DNA of 64,000 bases from an uncultured Chloroflexia bacterium (GCA_963810095.1 CAWEMM010000014.1:210240-274239), one strand, 5' to 3'; shown: positions 8,791 through 18,988, counted from the first letter of the stretch. Translations and numbers: made by a program. Notes: generated by a model not told the origin, from the sequence alone.

Positions 8791-9534
8791 TCATTGCATT
8801 GCGAGCCCGCCGTCGACACTCAGAACCTGGCCCGTGATGAAGTCGGCCCGATCGCTCGCGAGGAACGTCACTGCGTACGCGATTTCTTCCGGCCTGGCAA
8901 ACCGCCCCAGCGGCGTCATCGCAATCGCCGCGGCCTTCTGGTCTTCCGTGAGCACGTCGGTCAGTGCGGTGGGCACGAAGCCGGGCGCCACGGCGTTCAC
9001 CGTGACGTTCCGCGCGCCTACTTCCTTGGCGAGGGCCTTCGTGAAACCGATCAGCCCCGCCTTCGACGCCGAGTAGTTGGATTGGCCTGCCTGGCCTGCC
9101 AGTCCCGAGACCGACGTAATGTTGATGATGCGGCCATAGCGCTGCCGGAACATGGGCCGCAGCGCCGCCTTGCTGCAATTGTACGCGCTCTTCAGGTTTG
9201 TGCGTAAAACGACGTCCCAGTCGTCTTCGCTCATCATCATGAGCAGCATGTCGCGGGTGGTGCCGGCATTGTTCACCAGGATGTCGACCCGGCCGAAGCG
9301 TTCCACCGTCTCCTTGACCAGGCGTTGCGCGTCCGCAGGAGCGCTGACGTCGGCCTGCACGGCGATCGCGCTACCGCCTGCGTCGCAGATCGTGCGGACA
9401 ATCTCCTCCGCGCCAGCGGCACTGTCGCGGTGATTGACGACCACGGATGCGCCCTGCGCAGCCAGGTCAATGGCGATGGCCGCGCCGATGCCCCGCGAGG
9501 CCCCGGTTACGATTGCGATTTTCCCTTCGAGCAT
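8791..9534 (-). CDS. fabG: 3-oxoacyl-ACP reductase FabG
   Basis: 247-aa SDR with TGASRGIG, NNAG, YSASKAG and a C-terminal GQVLSVDGGLAMQ. Sits next to fabD. Confidence 0.9.
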   Translation of the reverse strand: MLEGKIAIVTGASRGIGAAIAIDLAAQGASVVVNHRDSAAGAEEIVRTICDAGGSAIAVQADVSAPADAQRLVKETVERFGRVDILVNNAGTTRDMLLMMMSEDDWDVVLRTNLKSAYNCSKAALRPMFRQRYGRIINITSVSGLAGQAGQSNYSASKAGLIGFTKALAKEVGARNVTVNAVAPGFVPTALTDVLTEDQKAAAIAMTPLGRFARPEEIAYAVTFLASDRADFITGQVLSVDGGLAMQ

Positions 9535-9592
9535 GGTTTCCCCTCGACGTCATACACCGGCGGGGCTTTGAAAACCCCGTAGGGCAGGCGAC

Positions 9593-10520
9593 CTACAGCC
9601 CGGCGATGTCCTCTGGCGTGCGGACATTCGCCGTCTGCGGCTCGGTCAAGATCCGCTTCACGAGTCCGGTCAGCACGTCGCCCGGGCCGACTTCGACGAA
9701 GCGCTCGGCGCCCAGCTCCTGCAGCTTGAAGACCGAGCCCGTCCACTGGACGCTGTTCGTTAGCTGCCCGACAAGCTCGTCGCGGATTTCGTCGGGCGTC
9801 TCCAGCGGGCACGCGGCGAGGTTCCCGACGACCGGGAACGCCGGCGGCTGGACAGGGGTGGCGTTCACATGGACCGCGAAGTCTGCGCGGCGGAGGCCAT
9901 CAGCGCCGAGTGCGCCGCGATGCTGACGGCGAGCGCACGGGGCCGCCCGCCCGCCTTCTTCACCAGCTCCATGAGCGCGGCAACGCCGGTCGAACCGCCC
10001 GAGACGACCACCTGGCCGGGCGCGTTGTAGTTTGCCACCTGCACGACGTCGCCCGTCTCGGCTTCGGCCTGTGCGCACAGGGCGGCGACCAGGCCGTCGT
10101 CGAGTTTGAGGATCGCGGCCATGCTGCCGGGCCGGCTCTCGCCCGCCCGCGCCATCAACTCGCCGCGGGTCCGCGTCAGGCGCACGGCATCTGCGAAAGC
10201 GAGGCGCCCGCGGCCACCAGGGCGCTGTATTCGCCCAGGCTGTGGCCTGCAAAGCAGCACGGTCCGGACAGGTCCGGTCGGGTTGCCAGCAGCGCGCGCC
10301 AGGCGGCAATGCTTGTGGTCAGGATGGCGGGCTGTGCGTTGCGGGTTTCGGTGAGGACTTCGGCCGGGCCGGTGAAGCATACTTCAGAGAGCGCAAAGCC
10401 CAGGATCTGGTCGGCTTCCGCAAAAGTCTCTTGTGCAACGGGGTGTGCGGCGGCCAACGCCTGGCCCATGCCAACGGACTGGGAGCCCTGGCCGGGGAAG
10501 AGGTAAGCGGTTGTGGCCAT
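9593..10520 (-). pseudogene. fabD: malonyl-CoA-ACP transacylase FabD; frame-disrupted by two shifts near 10200 and 9885 (assembly error likely, as the gene is normally essential)
   Basis: Three minus-strand frames join: AYLFPGQGSQ...GHSLGEYSALVAAGA / LAFADAVRLTRTRGELM...VANYNAPGQVVVSG...AVSIAAHSALMASAA / FAVHV...VQWTGSV. Confidence 0.8.
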
Positions 10521-10583
10521 AGGTCGCGTCATGCTTCTCGAGATGTTACTGGTACAGTGGGGCCGGCCTGTCACCCCGGTATA

Positions 10584-10616
10584 AGAAACCAGGTTTCTGC
10601 AAGAAACCTGGTTTCT
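10584..10616. repeat. 33-nt palindromic intergenic element, copy 3, perfect (AGAAACCAGGTTTCT gca AGAAACCTGGTTTCT)
   Basis: Perfect 15-bp arms with a 3-nt spacer. Lies between the rpmF stop (10649) and the fabD start. Confidence 0.9.
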
Positions 10617-10648
10617 ATGCCAGAGCGAAGGCAGCCGCGGTCGTCGAG

Positions 10649-10837
10649 CTACTTCTTCTCTGCGACGTCCAAGACGGTTTGGCCGTTATAGTTGCCGCAG
10701 TCGGGGCAGGCGTGGTGCGGAAGGCGCATGCTGCCGCACTGCTTGCACTTGACGAGGTGCACCGGCTGGAGCGCATCATGGGCCCGGCGGCGATCGCGGC
10801 GGCCCTTGGACAACTTACGTTTTGGATGAGGTGGCAC
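10649..10837 (-). CDS. rpmF: 50S ribosomal protein L32
   Basis: 62 aa, GTG start with GAAGGAG upstream. PKRKLSKGRRDRRRAH...CKQCG...HHACPDCGNYNG is the L32 zinc ribbon. Confidence 0.9.
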   Translation of the reverse strand: MPPHPKRKLSKGRRDRRRAHDALQPVHLVKCKQCGSMRLPHHACPDCGNYNGQTVLDVAEKK

Positions 10838-10871
10838 TGTGTAATACTCCTTCGCAACCTGTGCGGTGTGA

Positions 10872-11432
10872 TTAGTTCTTCAACAAATCGGTGAGACTGC
10901 TCCAGCGCGGATCTACGTCAGGCTTGCATTCGCAGGTCGCTTCGTTTAGGTTCGTCCCACATTCGGGGCACAATCCCCGGCAGTCTTCTTTGCAGAGCAC
11001 GTGCACCGGCAGTTCGAGCAAGACGTCTTGCCGCAGCACTTCAGTCAGGTCCAGGATGTGGTGCTCGTCGATCCAGAGCGCCTGGTCCTCTTCTTCCGGC
11101 GTAACCGCTTTGCCGGTCGCCATGTCAACGGTCGGCACGAAGACTTCTTCGATGTCGACTTCGAAATCGACGGGCACCGGCTCGAGACAGCGAGCGCAGC
11201 CGAGCGCAGTATGACCCGTCAGGTGGCCTGTCACAAACACGCCCTGGTTTGTCTGCATGAGTCGGACAGGGCCTTCGACCGCCGATGGTTCGCCGGTCTC
11301 GGCAATTTCGATCTCGGGCGTGAGGTCGTGCAGGTCGGCCGCCACGTGCACGTGGCGAGACGAGCCGACTGCTTCCTTCATCAACTGCGCGACGTTAAAT
11401 GTCAGGTTGTCAATCATTACAGGGTATCCCAT
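10872..11432 (-). CDS. YceD/DUF177-family protein (large-subunit rRNA accumulation protein)
   Basis: 186 aa lying immediately upstream of rpmF, as in many bacteria. Motifs CARCLEPV and CKEDCRGLCPECGTNLN. The start could instead be ATG 11417. Confidence 0.8.
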   Translation of the reverse strand: MGYPVMIDNLTFNVAQLMKEAVGSSRHVHVAADLHDLTPEIEIAETGEPSAVEGPVRLMQTNQGVFVTGHLTGHTALGCARCLEPVPVDFEVDIEEVFVPTVDMATGKAVTPEEEDQALWIDEHHILDLTEVLRQDVLLELPVHVLCKEDCRGLCPECGTNLNEATCECKPDVDPRWSSLTDLLKN

Positions 11433-11508
11433 CGCAGCAACCCCAGTCCCGCGTTACGTGGGTCCACTGCTCGGCGCGCAAAAGTCCACGGGTCAGCGCC
11501 AAGCGGTT

Positions 11509-11537
11509 ATTATAGGCGAGAGGGGCTCCTCTGTCAA
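11509..11537 (-). promoter_or_regulatory. consensus sigma-70-type promoter for the yceD-like/rpmF operon
   Basis: Minus sense reads TTGACA gaggagcccctctcgcc TATAAT: perfect hexamers with a 17-nt spacer. Lies about 75 nt upstream of ATG 11432. Confidence 0.6.
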
Positions 11538-11588
11538 AAACAACCCCGATTCGTCCGATCTCGGGCGCACCGATGTCCGGTCCGAGCC

Positions 11589-12059
11589 TTAGGGTTTTTT
11601 CTCGCCCTCCGCCGGGGCAGCCTGGCCCTTCCCGAGCGCGCGCTGACCGGCCTGCACCTCGCGGAGCACGCGAATGAGCCGTGCTTCCATCATGTTGAAC
11701 TGGTTCATGATGTACTGGTCGGCCTCCGTGCGGAGTTGCAGCGCGGTCTTTTCCGCTTCCGCCGTAATGTCACGGGCGCGGTTGCGTGCGGCGACGACGA
11801 CTGCCTGGTCGTCGAGCCGGACTCCGCCTTGGACTTGGGCATCCTCGACAATGCGTCGGGCCTGGCCCCGCGCCTCGGTCAGCAGCCGCTCCCTTTCCGC
11901 CGCCACCCGCTGGGCTTCGCGCTGCTGATCGGGAAGCGCGGCCCGCATCTCGTCCACGAGCCGCCGCAAGCTGGACTCGTCGATCAGCAGCTTGCCGCCG
12001 ACCGGCAGCCGCGACGCAGTTTGCATCAAGCGTTCCAGTTCATCTACGAGCGATTGCAT
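11589..12059 (-). CDS. hypothetical coiled-coil protein
   Basis: 156-aa ORF rich in charged residues with heptad-like character (ERERLLTEARGQARRIVEDAQ...). Sits between coaD and the yceD-like gene. No family recognised. Confidence 0.6.
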   Translation of the reverse strand: MQSLVDELERLMQTASRLPVGGKLLIDESSLRRLVDEMRAALPDQQREAQRVAAERERLLTEARGQARRIVEDAQVQGGVRLDDQAVVVAARNRARDITAEAEKTALQLRTEADQYIMNQFNMMEARLIRVLREVQAGQRALGKGQAAPAEGEKKP

Positions 12060-12091
12060 CGCCGCCTCCTGTTAGCCGCCACCATGCTACT

Positions 12092-12619
12092 TCAATCGCG
12101 AGACGTGCGGATCGGCACCATCCCGTCACCGTCAGGTCCGATGCCGGCGAAGCGGCTGCGCAGCGCAGCAATGACCGGCGCGGGCGCAAGCCCCTCGACG
12201 TCGCCGCCCAGCAGCGCAACCTCCTTGAGGATCGACGAGCTGACGTATGCGTACTTCAGGCTGGTCATCAGCGAGATGAACTCGACGTCCGGCGCCAGCT
12301 TCTTGTTGGTCAGTGCCATCTGGAACTCGAACTCAAAGTCCGAGATCGCGCGCAGCCCGCGCACCATAACCGTCGCACCGATCTCGTGTGCGTAGGTCAC
12401 CGTCAGCCCGCGGTACGTCTCGACCCGCACGTTCTTGATGTGGGCCAGCGACTCGCGGGCCAGCGATACCCGTTGGGGCGTATCAAAAGTCAGCGTCTTA
12501 GGCGGGCTGTCATAGATCGCAATAATCAGCTCGTCGAACAACCTTGCCGCACGTGCCGCAATGTCGACGTGCCCGTTATGGATGGGATCAAACGTGCCAG
12601 GGTAAAGCGCTCGTACCAT
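12092..12619 (-). CDS. coaD: phosphopantetheine adenylyltransferase CoaD
   Basis: ORF 12092..12631 trimmed to ATG 12619 (GAGGAG upstream). Motifs ALYPGTFDPIHNGHVDI, RGLRAISDFEFE and SSSILKEV. Confidence 0.9.
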   Translation of the reverse strand: MVRALYPGTFDPIHNGHVDIAARAARLFDELIIAIYDSPPKTLTFDTPQRVSLARESLAHIKNVRVETYRGLTVTYAHEIGATVMVRGLRAISDFEFEFQMALTNKKLAPDVEFISLMTSLKYAYVSSSILKEVALLGGDVEGLAPAPVIAALRSRFAGIGPDGDGMVPIRTSRD

Positions 12620-12645
12620 ACAGCTCCTCAAACCTCAAGCCCTCC

Positions 12646-12701
12646 GCGGCATGGGCGCGGCGGGCCGGCCGGCGCCGGCCGGCCCGCCGCGCCCATGCCG
12701 C
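12646..12701. repeat. 56-nt perfect GC-rich palindrome (28-bp arms, no spacer)
   Basis: GCGGCATGGGCGCGGCGGGCCGGCCGGC | GCCGGCCGGCCCGCCGCGCCCATGCCGC, checked base by base. Lies between the recG stop (12703) and the coaD start (12619). Confidence 0.9.
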
Positions 12702-12702
12702 A

Positions 12703-15583
12703 TTAGCTGATATCGCCGCTGCCGCGCCAGAATGCCGCCACCTGGTCCGCAAGGGCAGCGTGCTCCGGCTGGGTCAGGCCCGGATCGACCTCGAATAGGG
12801 CCTTGGCAGCCGCTCTTGCGTCCTCCAGGGTGCGCAGGTCGCTCAATTGCGCGGTCTGCAGCGGCGGCAGGCCGCTCTGCCGGGTGCCGAGAAAGTCGCC
12901 GGGGCCGCGCAGGTCCAGGTCGATCTGCGCAAGCGCAAAGCCGTCCGTGTTGTTCTCCAACGCTTGCAAGCGTTGCACGCCGTCGCCCTCTGCGACGTCG
13001 GAAATCAGGATGCAGTAGGAGGGATGCTCGCCGCGGCCGACGCGCCCCGGAACTGGTGCAGCTGGGCCAGGCCAAACCGCTCCGCGCCCTCGATCATGAT
13101 CACGGTGGCATTCGGTACGTCGATGCCCACCTCGACGACAGACGTGGCGACGAGCACCTGGATTTCCCCGGCGCCGAACGATCGCATCACGTCGTCTTTT
13201 TCGTCGCCCTTCAGGCGGCCATGCAGCAGGCCAACCTGCAGATCTGGGAAGATCGTCGTGCTCAGCCGGGCGTGTTCCTCCACGGCTGCCCGCGCCTCGC
13301 TCGACCTGCGATTCTTCCACGAGCGGGTAGATGATAAATGCCTGCCGACCTTCGGCCACTTGCCGCCGGATGAACCCGTACGCCGCGCTCGCGCTGCGAC
13401 GACAGCAGCCACTTGGTCCGGATGGGCGTGCGGCCGCCCGGCATTTCGTCGATCACGGACACGTCCAGGTCGCCGTAGACGGTCAGCGCCAGCGACCGCG
13501 GGATGGGCGTCGCGCTCATCACCAGCATGTGGGGCTGCGTTCCCTCGGACTGAGACCCCTTCTGCCGCAGCGCCGCACGCTGCTCGACGCCGAAGCGGTG
13601 CTGCTCGTCCACGACGGTCACGGCCAAATCGTGGAACTCGACACCTTTCTGGATCAACGCGTGCGTGCCGATGACGATGTCCGCCGCGCCCCCGGCGATT
13701 GCGGCCAGCGCTGCTTCGCGCTCGGCCCCGCTCTGGCTGCCCGTCAGGAGCACGACGCGGACCGGCTCGCCGGTGACCGGGTGGGCCAGCCCCCCGAACA
13801 TCCTGCCAAACGACCTTGCGTGCTGCTCGGCCAGGATTTCCGTCGGCGCCATAATCGCGCCCTGGCATCCGTTGGTCACCGCCAACCACAGGGCCGCGGC
13901 GGCAACCGCCGTCTTGCCCGAGCCCACGTCTCCCTGCAGCAGCCGGCCCATTGGCCGTTCGCATGCCATGTCGGCCGCAATCTCGGCCAGGGCGCGCGTT
14001 TGTGCCGCCGTCATTGCGAAGGGCAGCGCGGCGAGGAACGGCGCGAGCCGCGCCGCGTCGGTCTGCAGCGGCTTCGCGGGAGTGCCCTGGAACCGCTGGC
14101 GAGCTGCCAGCACGCCCAGCTGCAGGACGAGAAACTCGTCGAAGCTCAGCCGGCGGTGTGCCGCGGCCAGCTGGTCATGGTTGTCGGGGAAGTGGATCTG
14201 CCGGATTGCACGTGGCAGGGTCAATAGCCCGAACGACTCGCGGAGGTCGGAAGGCAGGAAGTCGGGCAGTTCCTCGCCCCACTCGTCCAGCACGGGCTTG
14301 ATGACCCCGCGCAGCCAGCGCTCGCTGAGCCCCTCGGTCAGCGGATACACCGGCGACAGCCGGCCCGTGCTCAGCAGGTTGCGGTCCAGCGGCTCGAACT
14401 CAGGGCTTCGCATGACCAACGAGCTGCGATACGACTCGATCTTTCCGGCGAAGGAATAGGCCTGGCCGATCCGCAGCTGCTTCTCGATCCACGGGTTGAA
14501 CCAGGTCATCTCCATTTCCGCTGTCCCGTCGCCGATGCGGGCCGTGACGACCTTCCGGTCGCTGCCGACGTCGCGCGAGCGCACGCCCCAGACGGTGGCG
14601 ATGACAGTGACCTCTTCGCCCACCTGCAGCCTATCGATGGTCTTCAGCTGGCTCCAGTCGTTGTAGCGGAAGGGCAGCATGTAGAGCAGGTCCCGCACGG
14701 TCTCGACGCCGAGCTTGCCCAGCTTCTCCGCGAATGCCGGTCCGACCCCGGGCAGGCGAATCACCGGCGCGTCGAGGCCGGGGCCGGCGCGGCGCTGGAG
14801 CGCACGGGGTTCCGGCCGTGGCTCGGGGCGAGGCTCGGGACGCACGTCGAACCTGGGCCCGATGCGGCCCTCGTCGCGGAGCGGCGCTGCTGGTTCAGAC
14901 GCTGTCTCGACCGGCGGGGCGGGGGGCGGCGTCTGCGACGGTCGCGCATTGGAGGGCCGCACCTCCGGAGGCGCCGGCGATACTGGCTTACTGTATTTTG
15001 GGATGTGGAGGTCCCCGCGCTCGGAAGCGGCGCGCTCAGCAGCAGCGCGCTCAGCAGCGGTTCGCTCGGGGGCGGCGCGCTCGGGCGCGATGCGCTCGAC
15101 AGCGGCATGTTCATGAGGCGCTTGTTCGCGTGCACCTGGCTCGCCGCTGTCCCCTTCCGTGCTCTTGCCGGCCGGGGTGACTGCGTCCTGTTCGGCCCGC
15201 TCCAGCGTCGCGGGCTCGCTCTCGGCCGGGGCCGGCATATGGATGCCTGCTCCCGCAGATGGGGCCGTCACGCTCGGCCGCCCGGCCTGAGCGGGCACGC
15301 CCGGCAAGTCCCGCGGACCCTCGCCGTTCGCCAAGCTCTGAGCTCGCCGGACGATCAGGTCCAAAATTCGCTCGCGGGCCGTGCGATCTTCCACGACCGC
15401 GTAGCCCAAGAGCAGCGAGACGATCTCGCCGATGACCGGGCTGTTGCCGGTTTCCGCCCGTGCGTCCGACTCCCACCGGCTGGCGAACTTGTCCAGGCCG
15501 CCGATCACGGCCTTGTTGCGATAGCCTTGTTTGCGCTCCAGGTCGAGGACCTTGAGCAAGCGGGTTATAGCACTATCCATCAT
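12703..15583 (-). pseudogene. recG: ATP-dependent DNA helicase RecG with a long low-complexity insertion; frame-disrupted by three shifts near 13381, 13300 and 13045-13048
   Basis: ORF 13262..15583 carries the wedge and helicase motifs ([23 protein letters not shown]). The C-terminus continues through two other frames: [25 protein letters not shown] / AAVEEHARL...[36 protein letters not shown] / [15 protein letters not shown]. Confidence 0.85.
15017..15100 (-). repeat. tandem 15-nt repeat inside recG encoding ER(A/T/I)A(A/P/S) pentapeptides
   Basis: About 5.5 units of GCGCGCTC(A/G)GC(A/G)GC(A/G). The protein reads VERIAPERAAPERTAAERAAAERAASERG. Confidence 0.75.
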
Positions 15584-15595
15584 TGCCTCAGCCCG

Positions 15596-16444
15596 TCACC
15601 GGGTTCCTTCGTAGACCATCACGCCCAAGGCCCGCGGCCCGATATGGACGGCGAGCGAAGGCGTGTAGCCAACCACCGAGAACTCCTGGCGCGGGAACGC
15701 TTCTTCCAACCGCTCGAGGAGCTGTGCGGCCTCGGCCTCGAAGCCGTAGTGCACCAGGTAAAGCTGGTCGATGCGCGAGAACTCGACGACGAAATCGTAC
15801 AATTCCTCGACCGCCCGGCTGTAGGTCTTGACCTTCTCCATGGGGATCAGGTCGCCGTCCTCCATCGTGGCCAGAGGCTTCAGGTCCAGCATAGTGCCGA
15901 GCAGCGTTTGCGCCGGGCCCAGCCGGCCCCAGGCTTCGAGGAAGTCGAGCGAATCGGAGAAGAACATGGCGTACATGTGCGGGATCATGCCGCGCACGAT
16001 CTTGACGACCTCAGCCTGGGAAGCACCTTCCGCGGCCGCGCGCGCGGCCGCCTCGACGATGATGCCCAAGGCGGCCGAGGTAGTCTGCGTATCAATCACG
16101 ATGATGCGCTGGCGCCCCATGAACCCCGACGATGCGCGGCGAGCCACCTCGCCCACGTCGAACAGCGCGCTGGACCCGTGAATACAGACGACGCTGTCTG
16201 TCACCTGGCCCAGCCGCGCAAACAGCTGCTGCACTTGCGCCACGCTCGGCGACTCGACGGTGACGCTTTTGCCGTCGGCGGCCAGCCGGCGCATGAACGT
16301 CTCGTCGGTCTGGTTGATCCGTTCCGGGTAGGTCTGCTGCCCGGCGCGGACGATCAATGGGATGACCTCGATGCCCAGTTGGGCGATGGAGGCCGTTTGC
16401 GGCAGGTACGCGCTGCTGTCGGTGACGATTTTGACCTGTGCCAC
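15596..16444 (-). CDS. DegV-family fatty-acid-binding protein
   Basis: 282 aa. VKIVTDSSAYLP...IEVIPL is a typical DegV N-terminus. Sits next to the yloV-like gene, as in Firmicutes. Confidence 0.85.
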   Translation of the reverse strand: MAQVKIVTDSSAYLPQTASIAQLGIEVIPLIVRAGQQTYPERINQTDETFMRRLAADGKSVTVESPSVAQVQQLFARLGQVTDSVVCIHGSSALFDVGEVARRASSGFMGRQRIIVIDTQTTSAALGIIVEAAARAAAEGASQAEVVKIVRGMIPHMYAMFFSDSLDFLEAWGRLGPAQTLLGTMLDLKPLATMEDGDLIPMEKVKTYSRAVEELYDFVVEFSRIDQLYLVHYGFEAEAAQLLERLEEAFPRQEFSVVGYTPSLAVHIGPRALGVMVYEGTR

Positions 16445-16557
16445 TTCGTCCTCGTGTTCCTTCTTGCCACGCAGGCCATGTAGGCAAGCAGAGTGCCTCT
16501 GCTAGCCCTGAGACCCCGCCGGCTACTATCGTTATCGGTCCGTGATCGGTTACAGCC

Positions 16558-18420
16558 TCATTCGGCGCTGATGATGTAATGATAAAACGGTTGGCCGCCT
16601 TCGACCACCTCAATCTCTTGCTCGGGATAACGCTCGGCGAGGGCTTCACGTAACGCTTCGGCTTCGCTCAAGGTCACGGGCGCGCCGTAGTAGAGCGTGA
16701 TCACCTCGCGCTGGGCCGCATCCATCTGCTCGAGCAGCATGACCACGACCTCCTCGGGCGTCGCGCCCTTCGCCGACAGCGTGTCGTTGAGCAGGCCGAT
16801 CACGTCCCCCGCGACCACCTCGATCCCGTCAAAACGGGCATTTTGCACGGCTTTCGTAACTTCGCCCGTCTGCACCTGCTTTGCGGCGTGCGTCATGCTG
16901 GCCGTGTTATGCGCAAGGTCGCCGTGTGGGTTCAGGGCCAGCAGCGCACTGATGCCCTGGGGGATGCTCTTCGACGGCACGACTGCGACGTTCTTGCCCG
17001 CGCCTGCTGCCAGTGCCTGCGCCTGGTTCGCGGCCATGACGATGTTACCGTTGTTCGGCAGCACCATCACGTCGGGGACCGGCAGGTGGAGGATCGCGTC
17101 GAGCAAATCCTGGGTGCTCGGGTTCATGGTTTGCCCGCCGGATATAATGCAGTGGCTGCCCAGGCTGCGGAACACCTTCGCCAGCCCTTCGCCCGGCACC
17201 ACGGCAATGATCCCAATCCCCTCGACGTGCTCGGTCTCGCACCCCATGGCCGATGCCTCGCTGGGCCGCTGGACGCCGGGCGTGCTGACCTCGAAGCGGG
17301 GCGGCACGGGATCGTAGCCGGCCGGCATATCGGGAATGGACATATCGTCCATGTTTTCCACGACGACGTCCGTCACAAAACCGAGGCTGATCGCATAGGA
17401 AAGGGCGACGCCCGGGTTCGGCACGTGGACGTGAACCTTGACGAGACCCCGGTCGCCTTCCACCAGCGGACAATCGCCCATCGCAGTGATGTGGTCGCGG
17501 ATCGCGGCGACGTCGAGGCCGGGACCCTCGACGAGAAACTGGACGTCGAAACCGTGCACCAGGGCCGGAAGCTCGCGCTGGCCCTTATTCGGCCGCGGCG
17601 CAGCCGGCGCGGCCGCTGCTGCGCTGACCGGTGCGCCCGCCTCCGTGACGCCCAGGCCGGTCAACTCACGAAACATGCCCTCCAGGATGAAGAACAGCCC
17701 CTTGCCGCCGCTGTCGACCTTCCCCGCTTGGGCGAGCACGGGCAGCAGGTTCGGCGTGTTCGCCACGGCTCGATCTGCCGCAACGACGGCTCGACCCATC
17801 ACCGTGGCAAGCTCAGGCTCGGGCGCATTGCCCTCGCCATGGGTGCCCGTCCCATCCGTCAGCGCTTCGGCCGCGGTCGCCGCCTCACGCACTACCGTAA
17901 GGATCGTGCCCTCCACCGGCCGGTTGACGCCTTTATACGCGATCCGGCTGCCTTCAGCGAGAGCGGCGGCAAAGGCGCGGCCCGTGAGCACGTGTTCTTC
18001 CGCCAGGCTCTTCGCCATGCCGCGCAGGATCTGGGAGAGAATCACGCCCGAGTTCCCGCGGGCGCCCATCAGTGCGCCGTGCGCCGCGGCCTTGGCCACC
18101 TCTCCCACCGATGCTGCCCGTTCGTCCGTGATCTCTCGGCAGGCCGACTTCATCGTCAGCAGCATGTTCGTGCCCGTGTCGCCATCGGGCACCGGAAACA
18201 CGTTCAGCGCGTTTACGATCTCGTGATGGCGTTCCAGCCAGGTCTGCCCGGCCACGAGCAACTCGCGGAACCGGGCCCCCTCGACGGGCGCAGACCTGGC
18301 CGGGTCAACCTTTGGGCCCACGGCGGGGTCACTGGCTTGGGGGTCGCCAGGACTCAAATGAGGGTTATTCACTGCCAACGAAGTAGTCCTCCGAAAAAGC
18401 CGGGATGAGCCGGGTGTCAA
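16558..18420 (-). CDS. DAK2-domain fusion protein (YloV-like)
   Basis: 620 aa with the motif NALNVFPVPDGDTGTNMLLTM. Overlaps the upstream Asp23-like gene by 4 nt. The true start may be internal. Confidence 0.85.
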   Translation of the reverse strand: MTPGSSRLFRRTTSLAVNNPHLSPGDPQASDPAVGPKVDPARSAPVEGARFRELLVAGQTWLERHHEIVNALNVFPVPDGDTGTNMLLTMKSACREITDERAASVGEVAKAAAHGALMGARGNSGVILSQILRGMAKSLAEEHVLTGRAFAAALAEGSRIAYKGVNRPVEGTILTVVREAATAAEALTDGTGTHGEGNAPEPELATVMGRAVVAADRAVANTPNLLPVLAQAGKVDSGGKGLFFILEGMFRELTGLGVTEAGAPVSAAAAAPAAPRPNKGQRELPALVHGFDVQFLVEGPGLDVAAIRDHITAMGDCPLVEGDRGLVKVHVHVPNPGVALSYAISLGFVTDVVVENMDDMSIPDMPAGYDPVPPRFEVSTPGVQRPSEASAMGCETEHVEGIGIIAVVPGEGLAKVFRSLGSHCIISGGQTMNPSTQDLLDAILHLPVPDVMVLPNNGNIVMAANQAQALAAGAGKNVAVVPSKSIPQGISALLALNPHGDLAHNTASMTHAAKQVQTGEVTKAVQNARFDGIEVVAGDVIGLLNDTLSAKGATPEEVVVMLLEQMDAAQREVITLYYGAPVTLSEAEALREALAERYPEQEIEVVEGGQPFYHYIISAE

Positions 18421-18773
18421 TCGCCGTTGGGCATGCGGAGCCCCTGGACGTGAACGTTTACCTCGGCGACGGGCACCCCGAGCGCCTGCTCCAGCGCGTA
18501 CTGGACACCGTGCATAACACCGTGCGCCACCTCAGAGATGCGCGTGCCGTACTGGACGATCACGTACAGGTCGACGCTCACTTTCCCGTCGCGGACGCGC
18601 ACCTCTACTCCGCGACCCCAGCGGTCGGGCGCGAGGAGGTCGGCAATGCCGTCGATGAGGTTCTTGTTCGCCATGCCAACCACACCGTAGCAGCGCAGCA
18701 CGGCCTCGCCGGCCATCGTGGCGATCGCTTGGGGCGAGATTTCAATCCGGCCGGTCTTTCTCTCCTCAGTCAT
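18417..18773 (-). CDS. Asp23/Gls24-family protein (YloU-like)
   Basis: ORF 18417..18815 trimmed to ATG 18773. GRIEISPQAIATMAGEAVLRCYGVVGM is the Asp23 signature. Confidence 0.8.
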   Translation of the reverse strand: MTEERKTGRIEISPQAIATMAGEAVLRCYGVVGMANKNLIDGIADLLAPDRWGRGVEVRVRDGKVSVDLYVIVQYGTRISEVAHGVMHGVQYALEQALGVPVAEVNVHVQGLRMPNGD

Positions 18774-18817
18774 ACGATCCCTTTCAGTCAGCGGGAGGAT
18801 AAGGCCCCCCATCACTT

Positions 18818-18846
18818 TTGCACAACCTACCGGTTTGTGGTACTAT
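18818..18846 (+). promoter_or_regulatory. candidate rpmB promoter with an extended -10
   Basis: TTGCAC, 17-nt spacer ending in TGG, then TACTAT. Lies about 140 nt upstream of ATG 18989. Confidence 0.45.
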
Positions 18847-18988
18847 ACTGCTTACTTGTGGCCGGGCGCCCCCTGGGTTGGCTCGGTCTGTGTTTGTATA
18901 AGCGAGTTCGTCCAACGTGACGCCGTCCCATGTGGCGCAGTCACGGATGACGCAGTTGCGAAATCGTACCACTACTCGGGGGGACATC

